Below, one piece after another: positions 13,201-24,627 of a DNA stretch of 64,000 nt. The stretch comes from Mobula hypostoma. Lineage: Eukaryota. The stretch spans positions 143,594,001 to 143,658,000 of the forward strand of contig NC_086097.1 in the NCBI RefSeq assembly GCF_963921235.1. Direction: 5' to 3'. The notes under the pieces are model-generated. The model searched no databases. It was not told where the DNA came from and saw nothing but the letters and a program-made list of their open reading frames with translations. The first letter of the stretch is position 1. Each line of letters begins with the position of its first letter. A program made the position numbers and the translations under genes.

Positions 13201-15417
13201 TCTTACGAATTCCCTTTTAAATAACTCCCATTTGTCAGCTGTCACATTACCCACATGTATTTGCTCTCATTCTATTTTTGCCAGCTCTTCTCTTAACACT
13301 ATTGAAATGGGCCTCCTCACAGTAGAAGTTATTAGCCTGAGGACAATATTATCCCTTTGCACAACTGCCTGAAATTTATAGTGTTATGGTCACTGTTCCA
13401 AAGTGTTTCCACAGCAACACTTCAACACCTGTCCAATTTCATTTCCCAAGATGAGGTCCAGAATTGCCCTGGCTGGGGGTCTTCCTTTGGTCAAGGTGGC
13501 CACTGGATGATGCATCCTGGCTGTCTATGTGCTACACAGAGCACTACAATATGGAGAGCAAGCTGTTGCCTATGCAGCATACTTTGCCCTCTCCATGCAG
13601 CCGATGACCCTAAAGGAAAGGCAGAGACCAATACAGCTTGGCATCAGCGGCACTGCAGGAGTTGCCAGTCAGTGTTGAACTCAACGTGGGACTGCCTTCG
13701 GGACTGCAGCTCCGGATTTTTTCCTCGGGGTGTACTCCTGAATCCTTCACCATGAGTGAGTGCAGCCACAAGGCCATGGGGGGTTGAGATCAGAGATTTC
13801 CTTCTAGATGAACTGCCAACCACAGCCAATGAGGCCCAAGTTTAAGGCACCAATAACCTGCCTTTGCACCTTCTCCTGTCAGTAGAAGTGGTTCCTCTGG
13901 GCTAAGTAGCTAAGCCACACATGAAGGCCAGGAGCTGAATAAGTTGTGTGAATTGATCCTCACTAACCACCCCCCAGCTCAATCAACCTTAAGGATGCAT
14001 AATATGCCCTGCCTATAGTAGGCCTGACAAGAAATTGTCTTAAAAATCTCCCTTTGACACGTCTGACCCTTCTATGCACCTAATTCTGACTGAAATTTGC
14101 ATAAGAACATCAAGTCAGATTATTGTTGCAGGTGGTTCTTGGATGTAATGACATGAAGCTGTTAGATTAATTTGAAAATTGATTGCTTTAGAAAAAGCCA
14201 ATCAAGTCTATTGCTCACGCACATTCTCGCCTATAGCTCATTCAAGTACACTCTTCACTGCCTTTTGGTCGGCCAAGCAGATGTTTTTACTTCTGTTTTC
14301 TCAGAGTAATTAAAAATGGACATAAAATCTGTCTTTCAATGAAACCCAGATTCACAGAATAAAATATAGTTGGACTGGCTCAACTTTTTTCCCAATGTTG
14401 TCAGTAATTGCAATCAATTGGGAGGTTTTAAGATTCTCAAAATTATACTGGGAATGGCTTTTATATTTTTCCTATATGGAATACAGTCTTCATTCTGGAG
14501 GGATACAAGATTGAATGCGAAAGGCATAACGAACTAGACATAATTTGGTATGTCATGTGCTGAATAACTTAAACGAGTAATTTATTCTTATCAAATACTG
14601 AATGGCCATTGTACTTCTCACTGATGACAGGTAGACAACACATCAGAATTGCAAGGTATCAATTACCTGTGTGTCAGCATTCGTTCATATACGTTACTCT
14701 GAGAGAATTGTTTTTGTGCTTCAAAGTTCAAACACTAAAAAATAAAATGTAGAAGCTAGAATTATTCATGGAAATATTCAGTTATGCAGCATTTGGAGTT
14801 ATAGAAGTAGAGTTATTCTTTGACGTTGATGGCCTCTCATCAGTAATGGAAGTTAAAAAAAAGCAGACCTTAATTACAGAGCCATAGAGTCATAGAAAAG
14901 TACAGCACTGAATGCTGAACGACTGAACCTTCTTGACCAAACCTTCATGTACAGAGAGAACAATAAGTAGTAGGAGGATAAAAAAAGGGTTAGGTTAAAT
15001 TAAACAATGAATAGAGAAACAAACTTGTGACATAAAAAGAGACAAAATATGCATTAAAAGGAGGTTTAAATGGAGATTGCAGAAAATTACTGATAACTGA
15101 TTTCTAGGGAGCAGTAGATATGAACTGAAATTGTTGAACACACTTGGAAGAATGTAAAATGTCTAATCTAAAGATGTGAGTCTGTCCACAACTTTGAGAT
15201 TTGTTAGAATAAATCAGGTTATTAGGATAGTGAGCGCAGAACTGGGGTATGGCTGTGGATCAGACTACAATCTACTGCAAGCTGGTAACTCGCCTTGCAG
15301 ACTGAGCAGAGCTGTTTCAGGGCGATCACTCAATTTGCATTTAGTCTCCCCAATGTGAAGAAGATTACGTTGTGAGTAGAAAATGTGGCTTTAAATATTA
15401 TCCTCTTAACTTTACAG

Positions 15418-15459
15418 GGTTGCTTTGTGGCTGTTATCTACTGCTTTTGCAATGGAGAG
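15418..15459 (+). CDS. PTH1R: PTH1R 42-nt TM7 exon
   Basis: CAG acceptor, GCFVAVIYCFCNGE, GTAAGC donor; the 42-nt TM7 exon typical of secretin-family GPCRs. Confidence 0.96.
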
Positions 15460-16237
15460 GTAAGCACTTGTGTTCCTGTGTGTAAGTGTATTGATTTCAG
15501 TGAATGAGCAAAGTCTCAGATGGAATGGCTGACTGGCCGACTGAGTAGGTTATAGCATACTGAGAGCTTATCTAGTTCTACCCTGCAGAGTACTATTTTT
15601 TTATATAGGGGCTCAGATTCTTGAGTCCTAACATTCAGTGCTGTGCCTTGTGTAAATTCGCTTGGGCTGTACTGGGAAGCCCTGCAGCAGTGGCATGGTG
15701 CTCTCGGTGTGGACAACAAAGCCAATGTGCAGATGTTGCCAGTGAGGGTTGGTGACGCCTGGGCTGGGTCAAGTGGTGCTGTCACTCAGCACTGAAGTGT
15801 GGTGTGGGGCTCGAGGCTGGCCTGGTACCCCTTGGTCAGGGCATTAGTGTAGTGGTTAGTGGCCATTGAGCTTGTTACCACAGAGAAATCACTAGGCTGG
15901 GAGCCAAACAAAGGGACAGGGAGGCAGCAGCCTCCACCATATTGAACTGGAGGTAATGAGAGAGACCACACGAGCTCAGTGGTTGATGATCTTTCATCAG
16001 AACTAGAAGAACATAGAATATAGCACAGTACAGGCTCTTTGGCCCACGATGCTGACACTACCTTTTAACCTACTCCAAGCTCAGCCTAGCCCTTCCCTCC
16101 GACATAGCCATCTTGTCTTTCTCAATCCATGTGCCTATGACAGTCCTTTAAATGCCCCGAATGTATTTGCCTCAACTGTCACCCCAGCAGTACATTCCAC
16201 ACACTTAACACCTTGTAAAAAAAAAATTACCCTTGAC

Positions 16238-17500
16238 ACAAACAAGAGAATATCTGCAGATGCTAGAAATCCGAGCAACACACACAAAATGCTGGCGGAA
16301 GTTTCGGAGAATTATGTGCTGGATGCGGAGGCTGGTGGGGTGGTAGGTGAGGACAAGAGGAACCCTATCCCTGGTAGGGTAGCGGGAGGATGGGGTAAGA
16401 GCAGATGTGCCCTGCCCTTAAGTTCGCTTGGTCCATTTCCTAAGCCTCAATCTCATTGACTCCATCTCTGGAGACAGCTTATCCACCGATGCCTATTACA
16501 AACCCACAAACTTACAGCTACCTAGACTACACCTCATCACACCCTACTACCTGTGAAAACGCCATCCCCTTTTTTCAATTCCTCCATCTCTGCCGCATTT
16601 GCTCTACGGATGAGGCTTTTCCTTTTAGAATGAAGGAGATTTCCTCCTTTTTCAAAGAAAGGGGCTTTCCTTCCTCCATCATCAACGCTGTCCTCAACTG
16701 CATCTCTTCTATTTCACGCACGTCTCATCCCTCCCCACTGACCTCACTCCTGGCACTTATCCTTGCAAGTGGAACCTGCCCCTACACCTCCCCCCTCATT
16801 ATCATCCAGGGCCCTAAATAGTCCTTCCAGGTGTGAGTCTGTTGGGGTCATCTACTGTGTTCGGTGCTCCCAGTGTAGCCTCCTGTACATCGGTGAGACC
16901 CGACATAGAGCAGAAGACCGCTTTCCTGAGCACCTATGCTCCACCCAGCAGAACAAGCGGGATCTCCCAGTGGCCACCCATTTTAATTCCACTTTCTGTT
17001 CCCATTCCAATATGTCCATCTATGGCCTCCAGCACTGTCATGATGAGTCCACACTTAGGCTGGAGGACCAACACCTTATATTCTGTTTGGGTAGCCTCCA
17101 ACCTGATGGCATGAACATCGATTTCTCAAACTTCAAGTAATGTGGTAATGCCCCCCAACCACCTCCCCCGCACCTTCTCAATTTCCCATCCCCTTTTCCT
17201 TCTCTCACATCTCCTTGCCTGCCCATCGCCTCCCTCTGTTGCTCCTTTCTGCCCCTTTATCTTTCTTCCATGACCTTCTGTCATTTCCACCAATCAACTT
17301 CCCAACTCTTTGCTTCATCCCTCCTCCTCCAGATTTTGCCTGTTACCTGGTGTTTCTCTCTCCTCTCCTGCCACCTTTTAAGTCTACTCCTCAGCTTCTT
17401 TCCTCCAGTCCTGCTGAAGGGTTTCAGCCTGAAACGTTGATTGTACTTTTTCAATAGATGCTGCCTGGCCTGCAGAGTTCCTCCAACATTTTGTGTGTGT
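16238..17500 (+). mobile_element. Penelope-like retroelement fragment (RT C-terminus + GIY-YIG endonuclease + hammerhead-like terminus) nested in a CR1 3' end
   Basis: YLDYTSSHP.TC.NAIPF.QF..L.RICS and GVIYCVRCSQCSLLYIGET...RF.EH...PVATHF (GIY-YIG with CCHH); inverted termini at 16277-16300 and 17478-17500. Confidence 0.88.
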
Positions 17501-18780
17501 GTACCTTAGACATCGGCTCTATACTTTCCTTTGGTTACCTTAAAATTAAGCCCTCTTGTATTAACTGTTGCTACCCTAGGAAAAAGGTGTAGGCTGTCCA
17601 CTTTATGCCTCTTAAAATCTTGTACACCTCTGTCAAGTCACCTCTCATCCTCTTCTCCAAAGAGAAACTAAAATCTTTACCAGGACTTTAATTATGTACA
17701 GAGAGAGAAAAAAAATCAGTAGGAGGGGGGTAAAACACAGGATAGGAGAGATTAAATGGAGGAGAAGGGATGGAGCAGCTGATGTCAGTCCCCCTCAATG
17801 ATCTATTGTCCATAGCACCCAAGTTCAGCACCACACTTGCTCAGCCCGATCAAGACAGACAGCCATTGGACATTGCCTCATCAATCCAATTGAGAACAAG
17901 GTGACTTCAAATTTGTTTATCGTCATGGGAAGAGCAAAAAAGGGCTGAGCCACTTCATAGATACACCAGCAGTACAGCAGACTGTCAGTAAAGCTAGCCT
18001 ACAAACATAATGTGATAACAACCCCCTCTAATGCTGATTACATTAGCTCTCTCAGTCAGCGGGATACATGTTGACTGCTAAATAAGCTGAATCCTGCCCC
18101 TGGGTTGTTTCGGAGCTCAGGAGTGTAAAGCTGTGACGTTAGATTTATTGCATATATGAAGCTGTACAGGATTTTCCTTTGATGCTGCTTTGGAATTCTT
18201 GAGCTTATAAATTGCATGACATCTATTTATTTTACAGTCAGAAGAGTGGGTCAAAGGAATGAGTATAAAGGCCAAGGTGCATGTGCATTCTGTGCACTTG
18301 GCACACTGAGCACCATGTTGCTTGGGACATCTCTCAGTGCTCAGTATTTGCCTAAAATCAGTGTAGTATTAAGTTGTAATTTGTACTAGCCATGTCCTGC
18401 AATACGATGTCAGCAGGATGCAGCCTTAAGCCCCACATTTCATTTGCCAATTAGCGCGCATATCTTAATGAAAGTTTCAAGCTATCTTTGTGTCATCCAA
18501 TAAGATTCCAAGCTGACTTTAAATTTGGGAAAGCCAAAAATGTAAAGATTAAGCTTTGCTGCGAGGGGTTGTCACTGGAAGTTAAGCTTTAATGCACTCT
18601 TACTGAGAGGTCAGCCGATCTTGCTGCTACTTGTGGCTAATGGGCTATTTCTGGCTTCTTGATGAGAATAATTGGGGGGAAAATGGCAGACCTGCGGCTA
18701 GTAATTTTGCTTTGTGCCGAGTGAGGTTTGGAACGCTGCTTTTTGCCTTTTTAATTGTGTATCTTTATATTTTGTTTCAG

Positions 18781-19143
18781 GTCCAGAGTGAGATCAAAAA
18801 AGCATGGGCCCGTTGGATTTTGGCGCTTGACTTCAAACGCAAAGCTCGGAGCGGAAGCACGGCCTACAGCTATGGGCCAATGGTGTCACACACTAACAAC
18901 AGCATCAGTGCCAACATAACCACCCGGGCACCACAAACTCTCCACCTCAATAGCCGAGTGGGTGGCGGGTTACTCGATGGGCATTGGAACCTGCCGGGCT
19001 ACGTGAAGAGCAGCTCTGTGTCTGAGAACTCGCACCCCTCCTCCCTTCCCGAGCAGTATGGCAAGGATGATGAGAATGGCAAGTCTCCAGCATCCAACAA
19101 GCCTTCATTGGTTGTTGAGGAAGAGAGGGAAACTGTAATGTAA
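18781..19143 (+). CDS. PTH1R: PTH1R terminal coding exon (helix 8, cytoplasmic tail)
   Basis: TTTCAG acceptor, VQSEIKKAW...LALDFKRKARSGS.AYSYGPMVSHT...EEERETVM*. DFKRKARSGS and the ETVM PDZ ligand are PTH1R-type rather than PTH2R/PTH3R-type. Confidence 0.96.
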   Translation, partial: VQSEIKKAWARWILALDFKRKARSGSTAYSYGPMVSHTNNSISANITTRAPQTLHLNSRVGGGLLDGHWNLPGYVKSSSVSENSHPSSLPEQYGKDDENGKSPASNKPSLVVEEERETVM

Positions 19144-19631
19144 TTTATAGACACACTTAAGAAACTTCATTTCCAACTGCACACCACAGGTGTTAGACAC
19201 TGGCACTGGACTGTATTATTTCTGCCCACACTGGAATAGCAGGCTCCTGAAAATAGAAAAGGGAAAACAATTGTGAAGAGAGAGTTAGGAAGTTATGACA
19301 TGTCTGGCTTCATCATGCTTTCCTGCTATCTGCTAAGGGTTGTCTGGACATTTGAGTAATTATTTAGAGCTTTGTTAAGCACTGTTTCACAACATTGTCA
19401 CAAGTGCCAGTGTTCAGTGGCTCGATTCAGAACGACATTGATGACAATCATTGCTTCATCCAGCCTGAATCTAGCAGAGGAAGTCCTTGATTCCAGCACT
19501 TCAGAGCTCACTCAGCCAAACTAGTTGACTATACTAAGCTGCACATAATCTTATCAAACTCACGGGAGAAAGTGAGTCATCAGATCCCATTCGGGCAGTA
19601 AAAAGAGAAAATGCTGGCGATAGCAGGTCAG

Positions 19632-20186
19632 CGTACTCTTTGGGCTCCTTATATTAGAAAGGATTTACTGACATTGGAGAGGGTTCAGAGAAGATTCACG
19701 AGAATGATTCCAGGAATGAAAGGGTTACTGTATGAGGAACGTCTGGCAGCTCTTGGGCTGTATTTCCTGGAGTTCAGGAGAATGAGGAGGCATCTCATAG
19801 AAACATTCTGAATGTTAAAAGGCCTGAACAGATTAGATATGGCAAAGTTATTTCCCATAGTAGGAGATTCTAGGACAAGAGGGCACGACTTCAGGATTGA
19901 AGGACATCCTTTTAGAACAGAGATGCGGAGAAATTACTTTAGTCAGAGGGTGGTAAATCTGTGGAATTTGTTGCCACGAGCGGCTGTAGAAGCCAAGTCA
20001 TTGGGTGTATTAAAGGCAGAGATAGAAAGATACTTGATTAACCGGCCTTCAAAGGGTATGGGGTGAAGGCAAGGGAGTGGGGGTGACTGGAAGAATTGGA
20101 TCAACCCATGATTGAATGGTGGAGCAGACTTGATTGGCCGAATGGCCTACTTCTGCTCCTATAATTTATGGTCTTATGGTCTTTTC
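19632..20186 (+). mobile_element. CR1 LINE 3' fragment in the probable PTH1R 3' UTR
   Basis: LERVQRRFTRMIPG and FSQRVVNLWN ORF2 motifs, (TTATGGTC)2 tail, GGTCAG duplicated at 19626-19631 and 20187-20192. Confidence 0.85.
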
Positions 20187-20980
20187 GGTCAGGCAGCATC
20201 TGAAGAGAGGAACATGGTTAACATTTTGGGTTGATAGAAGTCAGATTCAGCATTGGGAATGAATGACAAAGCTGTGCTTTTTGGCGAGGACATCTGGAAG
20301 GATTAGATAACTAATGAAGCGAAGGGTCTGGGAGATGGCCTCAACATAATTAAGCCCTAGCTGGAGTTTAAAAGGCACCCCTTCCTGTTGTTATGGAGTC
20401 TGCAGGTGTACGGCTACACGTAGTGGTGCAGAGCCCCAGTGAGGTGGGACACCATCCTGGACATCTTGTCTGATATTAGACCTTTTCATTTTAGGTGTTT
20501 ATCAAAAGGAAGATCAGAAATGATATGTAGCAAATAGATCCAGGAATCAACATCAGGACAGATCCTCAATGAAAGAATCCTGGGAAGAAATTACAAACGT
20601 GTAGAATTCAGACTGAGCTGAGGTCAAATACTATCTGAAGCACGACAGATCAATGCCCCTGCAAGATTCAGTTGTATTCAATGTGTTGAGTTGGATCGTA
20701 GTCAATCCATTAAAATACAACCACAATTAAAACCATGATCTTCTTCACAAAGTAGGTTTTGATATATATGCATGTATTAGGTTCAACTGACTCTGTGTCC
20801 ACTCGCTGTCCAGTGAAACTAATTGAAGTGCGTTCTAAACACGCCTGGTTGTTGTTGCTGATTGAGTTTGTAATGTCAATGTTGTTTGGTTGACAATTGT
20901 GAGAAAAAGGAGTAAATTATTATTTATTGTTAATATTTTTAAAATTCAAAAGACTGCATCTTTAGTGAATGTGAAAAGAA

Positions 20981-20986
20981 AATAAA
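20981..20986 (+). promoter_or_regulatory. Candidate PTH1R polyadenylation signal AATAAA
   Basis: AATAAA about 1.84 kb after the stop, preceded by an AU-rich tract (TTATTATTTATTGTTAATATTTTT). Usage not demonstrable. Confidence 0.5.
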
Positions 20987-21941
20987 TGTGCTGTCTCTAT
21001 CATGACTGACAAGAAGCGGTGAATTGTATTCTGTTTGGATATTGATTTTAAAATAATATAGTGTGGAGCATGAGATGACAATCCTGGGTGTTAGCTAATT
21101 TACCTGTAAAGGTTATTCAAATAGAATCTACAATTACTCTTCATATGAGTAAGCTGTATCTGTTGATGATAATGGGGAAGTCATGAATTTAAATCCCCAC
21201 AAAATAAGTCAGGGAATGATGTTAAGTACATTCAGTAATTCTGAGGCAACAGCAAAGCAAACTGTTTTGGTTTACTATGTCCTTCATTAAGTAAAAACAT
21301 GCCATCTCACCCCGACTTGGTCATCCGAACGAGTCCTATTCTTTCTTGTAGGTCTATACTTTATGAAGTGGCCTAGCAAATTACGGTGCCACATAAAAAA
21401 GTAATATTACAGATCAGGATTAACGTATCTACCTTGCATGGATGCCATGATTATGAATACTAATATAAATTTATAGCACCCTTGTGTGGAACCATATACA
21501 ATAACAAATCAAATCATTACAGAACAAAACAGCACAGGCACAGGCCTTTTGACCCATAATGTCTGCTCTGACCATGATGTGAATTTAGACTTATTGCATC
21601 TGTCTGCACATGGTCTATATCCTCCATTCCCTGAATAAGGGTGAAGCAATCTGGTTATGAGGAGAAGGCAGTGGAATGGGGATAATAAATCAACCATGAT
21701 GGAATGGCAGAGCAGACTCGATGGTCCGAATGGCCTAATTCTGCTCTGGTATTATAGTCTTATGGAAAAGGAATTGATTCACGTTTACTTTCATTCTGTA
21801 TTTCAGAGAATCTTTTGTTTCAATGATATCTCTATCCCTCTTGCCAGATTGCAGTTTTGTTCAGGATGGGATTGAAGTTCTCATGTTGCCTTTGAAGTTG
21901 CATCTGCTCAGACAAATAGAGAATATTTCAATATTCCACAT

Positions 21942-24350
21942 TAGACACTGGAATACTACGGCACAGTACAGGCCCTTCGGCCCTCGATGTTGTGCCGACC
22001 CATATGTTCCTTTTAAAAAAAGTACTAAACCCACACTACCCCGTAACCCTCTATTATTCTTTCACCCATGTGCCTGTCCAAGAGGCTCTTAAATACCCCT
22101 AATGTTTTAGCCTCCACCACCATCTCTGGCAAGTCATTCCAGGCACCCACAACCCTCTGTGTAAAAACAAAAATATACCCCTGATGTCTCCCCTAAACTT
22201 CCCTCCCTTAATTTTGTACATATGCCCTCTGGTGTTTGCTATTCGTGCCCTGGGAAACAGGTACTGGCTAGCCACCCTATCTATGCCTCTCATAATCTTG
22301 TAGACCTCTATCGAGTCCCCTCTCATCTTTCTACACTCCAAAGAGAAAAGTCCCAGTTCTGCTAACCTTGCCTCATAAGACTTGTATCCCAATCCAGGCA
22401 ACATCCTGGTAAATCTCTTCTGCACCCTCACCACAGCTTCCACATCCTTCCTATAATGAGGTGACAAGAACTGAACACAATACTCGGCAGGAGGAGAAGA
22501 TGGCGGCGCGACGCAGCGCGCACAGCCTCTCCAGTGAAATGATATCGTATTTGTTAAATAGGGTACCATGCATAATTCTGATTTAATGGAGACAGCTGTG
22601 AGAAGCACGGAAGAACATCTGGAGAAACTTCTGAAATGCCCGGTTCGCTACCGCTGCTACTGTGCGATCGAGAATCCCCAGAGGGAAGGCCCCAAATCCT
22701 CGGCTTTGCCTGCTGCTGGCGGCCGGGGCTGGGGTCAAAATGGTCTGCAGAGTCGATGCTCGGTGCATGGTGTTGGAGGGCTGGTCGGAGCCTTGATGTT
22801 TTTAGACGACTCAGAGTCGGACTGTGGTCGAGCATGGCAGAGAGAATTTTCTTCCTTCTCCTGTCTGCGTGAGATGTGGGACTTTCAAGAGACTTTGAAC
22901 CTTTTTTTACAGTGCCCATGGCCTGTTCTTCATCAAGTTACGGTATTGCTTGCACTGTTTAACTATATATTACAATTATGTGGTTTTTGTCAGTTTTTCA
23001 GTTTTGGTCTGTCCTGTGTTTCTGTGATATCACACCAGAGGAATATTGTATCGTTTCTTAATGCATGCATTACTAAATGACAATAAGAAAAGACTGCGTG
23101 TCCTCATAATCTAAAAAAAAAGTGTGGTCTCACTAGAGATTTGTAGAGTTGCAACATGACCTCTCTACTCTTGAACTCAATCCCCCCATTAATGAAGCTT
23201 AGCATCCCATAGGCCTGCTTAACTATCCTATCAACCTGTACAGTGACTTTGAGGGATGTATGGATTTGAACCTCTGTTCATCCACACTCTTAAGTAACCG
23301 ACCATTACACCTGTACTCAGCCTTCTAGTTTGTCCTTCCAAAATGCATCACCTCACACTTATCCGGATTGAACTCCATTTGCCACTTATCTGCCCAACTC
23401 TACATCCTGTCTATATCCTCTTGTAACCTTCGACAACCTACAGCTCCATCCACAACTCCTCCAATCTTCGTGAAGTCTGCAAACTTATTCACCCATCCTT
23501 CCCCCTCTTCATCCAGGTCATTTATAAAAATCACAAAGAGCAGGGGTCCCAGGACAGATCCTTGCGGCACTCCACTAGTCACCGACCTCCAGGCAGAATA
23601 CTTTCCTTGCACTACTAGCCTCTGCTTTCTTCTTTTAAGCCAATTTTTTATCCAAACAGCCAAGGTTCCACTGATGCCATGCCTCATGACTTTCTGGATG
23701 AGTCTCTCATGGGGGACCTTGTCAAATGCCTTGCTAAAATCCATGTAGACCACATCTACCGCCCTACCCTCATCAATTTCTTTTGTTACCTCTTCAAAAA
23801 ACTCAATTAGGCTCGTGAGGCATGACCATCCCTTCACAAAGCCATGTTGACTATCTTTGAGTAGACTGTACTTCTCTAAGTGCTCGTAGATCCCATTCTT
23901 AAGAATCCTTTCCAATAGTTTGCAGACCACCGACGTAAGACTCACCGGTCTATGGTTCCCAGGATTCTCCCTAATACCTTTTATAAACAATGGAACTACA
24001 TTTGCCGTTCTCCAATCCTCCGGCACCTCCCCTGCAGCCAAAGAGGATTCAAAGATCATAGCTACTGCTCCAGCAATCTCTTCTCTCACTTCCCTCAGCA
24101 ACCTGGGGTATATCACGTCCGGCCCTGCGGCTTATCAATCTTGATGTTTTTAAGAAGATCCAACACTTCTTCCTTAATCTCCACATTGTCCAGCACACAG
24201 GCCTGTTCTGTTTCGACCTCACCCTGATCAAGGTCCTTTTCACTTGTGAATACTGAAGCAAAGTATTTATTTAGGACCTCCCCATCCTCCTCCGCCTCCA
24301 GGCACGTTGCCTTCTTTATCCTTTAGTGGCCCCACCTTCATTCTTGTCAT
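21942..24350 (-). mobile_element. CR1 family A, 3' half (RT), interrupted at 22486-23119
   Basis: 238-aa ORF with EDWRTANVVPLF, QHGF, YMDFSKAFDKV, GVPQGSVLGP; 3' tail at 21942. Confidence 0.9.
22486..23119 (+). mobile_element. Non-autonomous non-coding retroelement (~630 bp)
   Basis: Interrupts CR1 sequence; starts GGCAGGAGGAGAAGATGGCGGCG, ends GTCCTCATAATCT + A-run; related copies at 34526-35113, 6484-6540, 53105-53240. Confidence 0.8.
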
Positions 24351-24627
24351 AGAAACATAGAAACATAGAAAATAGGTGCAGGAGTAGGCCATTCGGCCCT
24401 TCGAACCTGCACCGCCATTTATTATGATCATGGCTGATCCTCCAACTCAGAACCCCGCCCCAGCCTTCCCTCCATACCCCCTGATCCCTGTAGCCACAAG
24501 GGCCATATCTAACTCCCTCTTAAATATAGCCAATGAACTGGCTTCAACTGTTTCCTGTAGCAGAGAATTCCACAGATTCACCACTCTCTGTGTGAAGAAG
24601 TTTTTCCTAATCTCGGTCCTAAAAGGC
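24348..24627 (-). mobile_element. CR1 family B short 3' end
   Basis: (TTTCTATG)n tail; near-identical to the reverse complement of 36320-36606. Confidence 0.88.

Noticed and set aside
13470..13990. GC-richer block possibly derived from an RTE 5' region
   Set aside because: Likely a repeat, but no TSD, tail or protein motif could be shown, so it was left unclassified.
18631..18780. 50-codon in-frame extension upstream of the last PTH1R exon with a hydrophobic stretch (LLFAFLIVYLYILF) as an alternative TM7
   Set aside because: The hydrophobicity is explained by the T-rich polypyrimidine tract; the ORF starts at TTG; no homology recognised.
3603..19143. Alternative identity as PTH2R or PTH3R (NSSQ resembles fish Pth3r)
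   Set aside because: ECL1 [37 protein letters not shown] and terminal ETVM are all PTH1R-type.
22568..23080. 170-aa and overlapping ORFs as a novel gene
   Set aside because: Inside a GC-rich multicopy insertion; the frame is not preserved in the second copy at 34526-35113.
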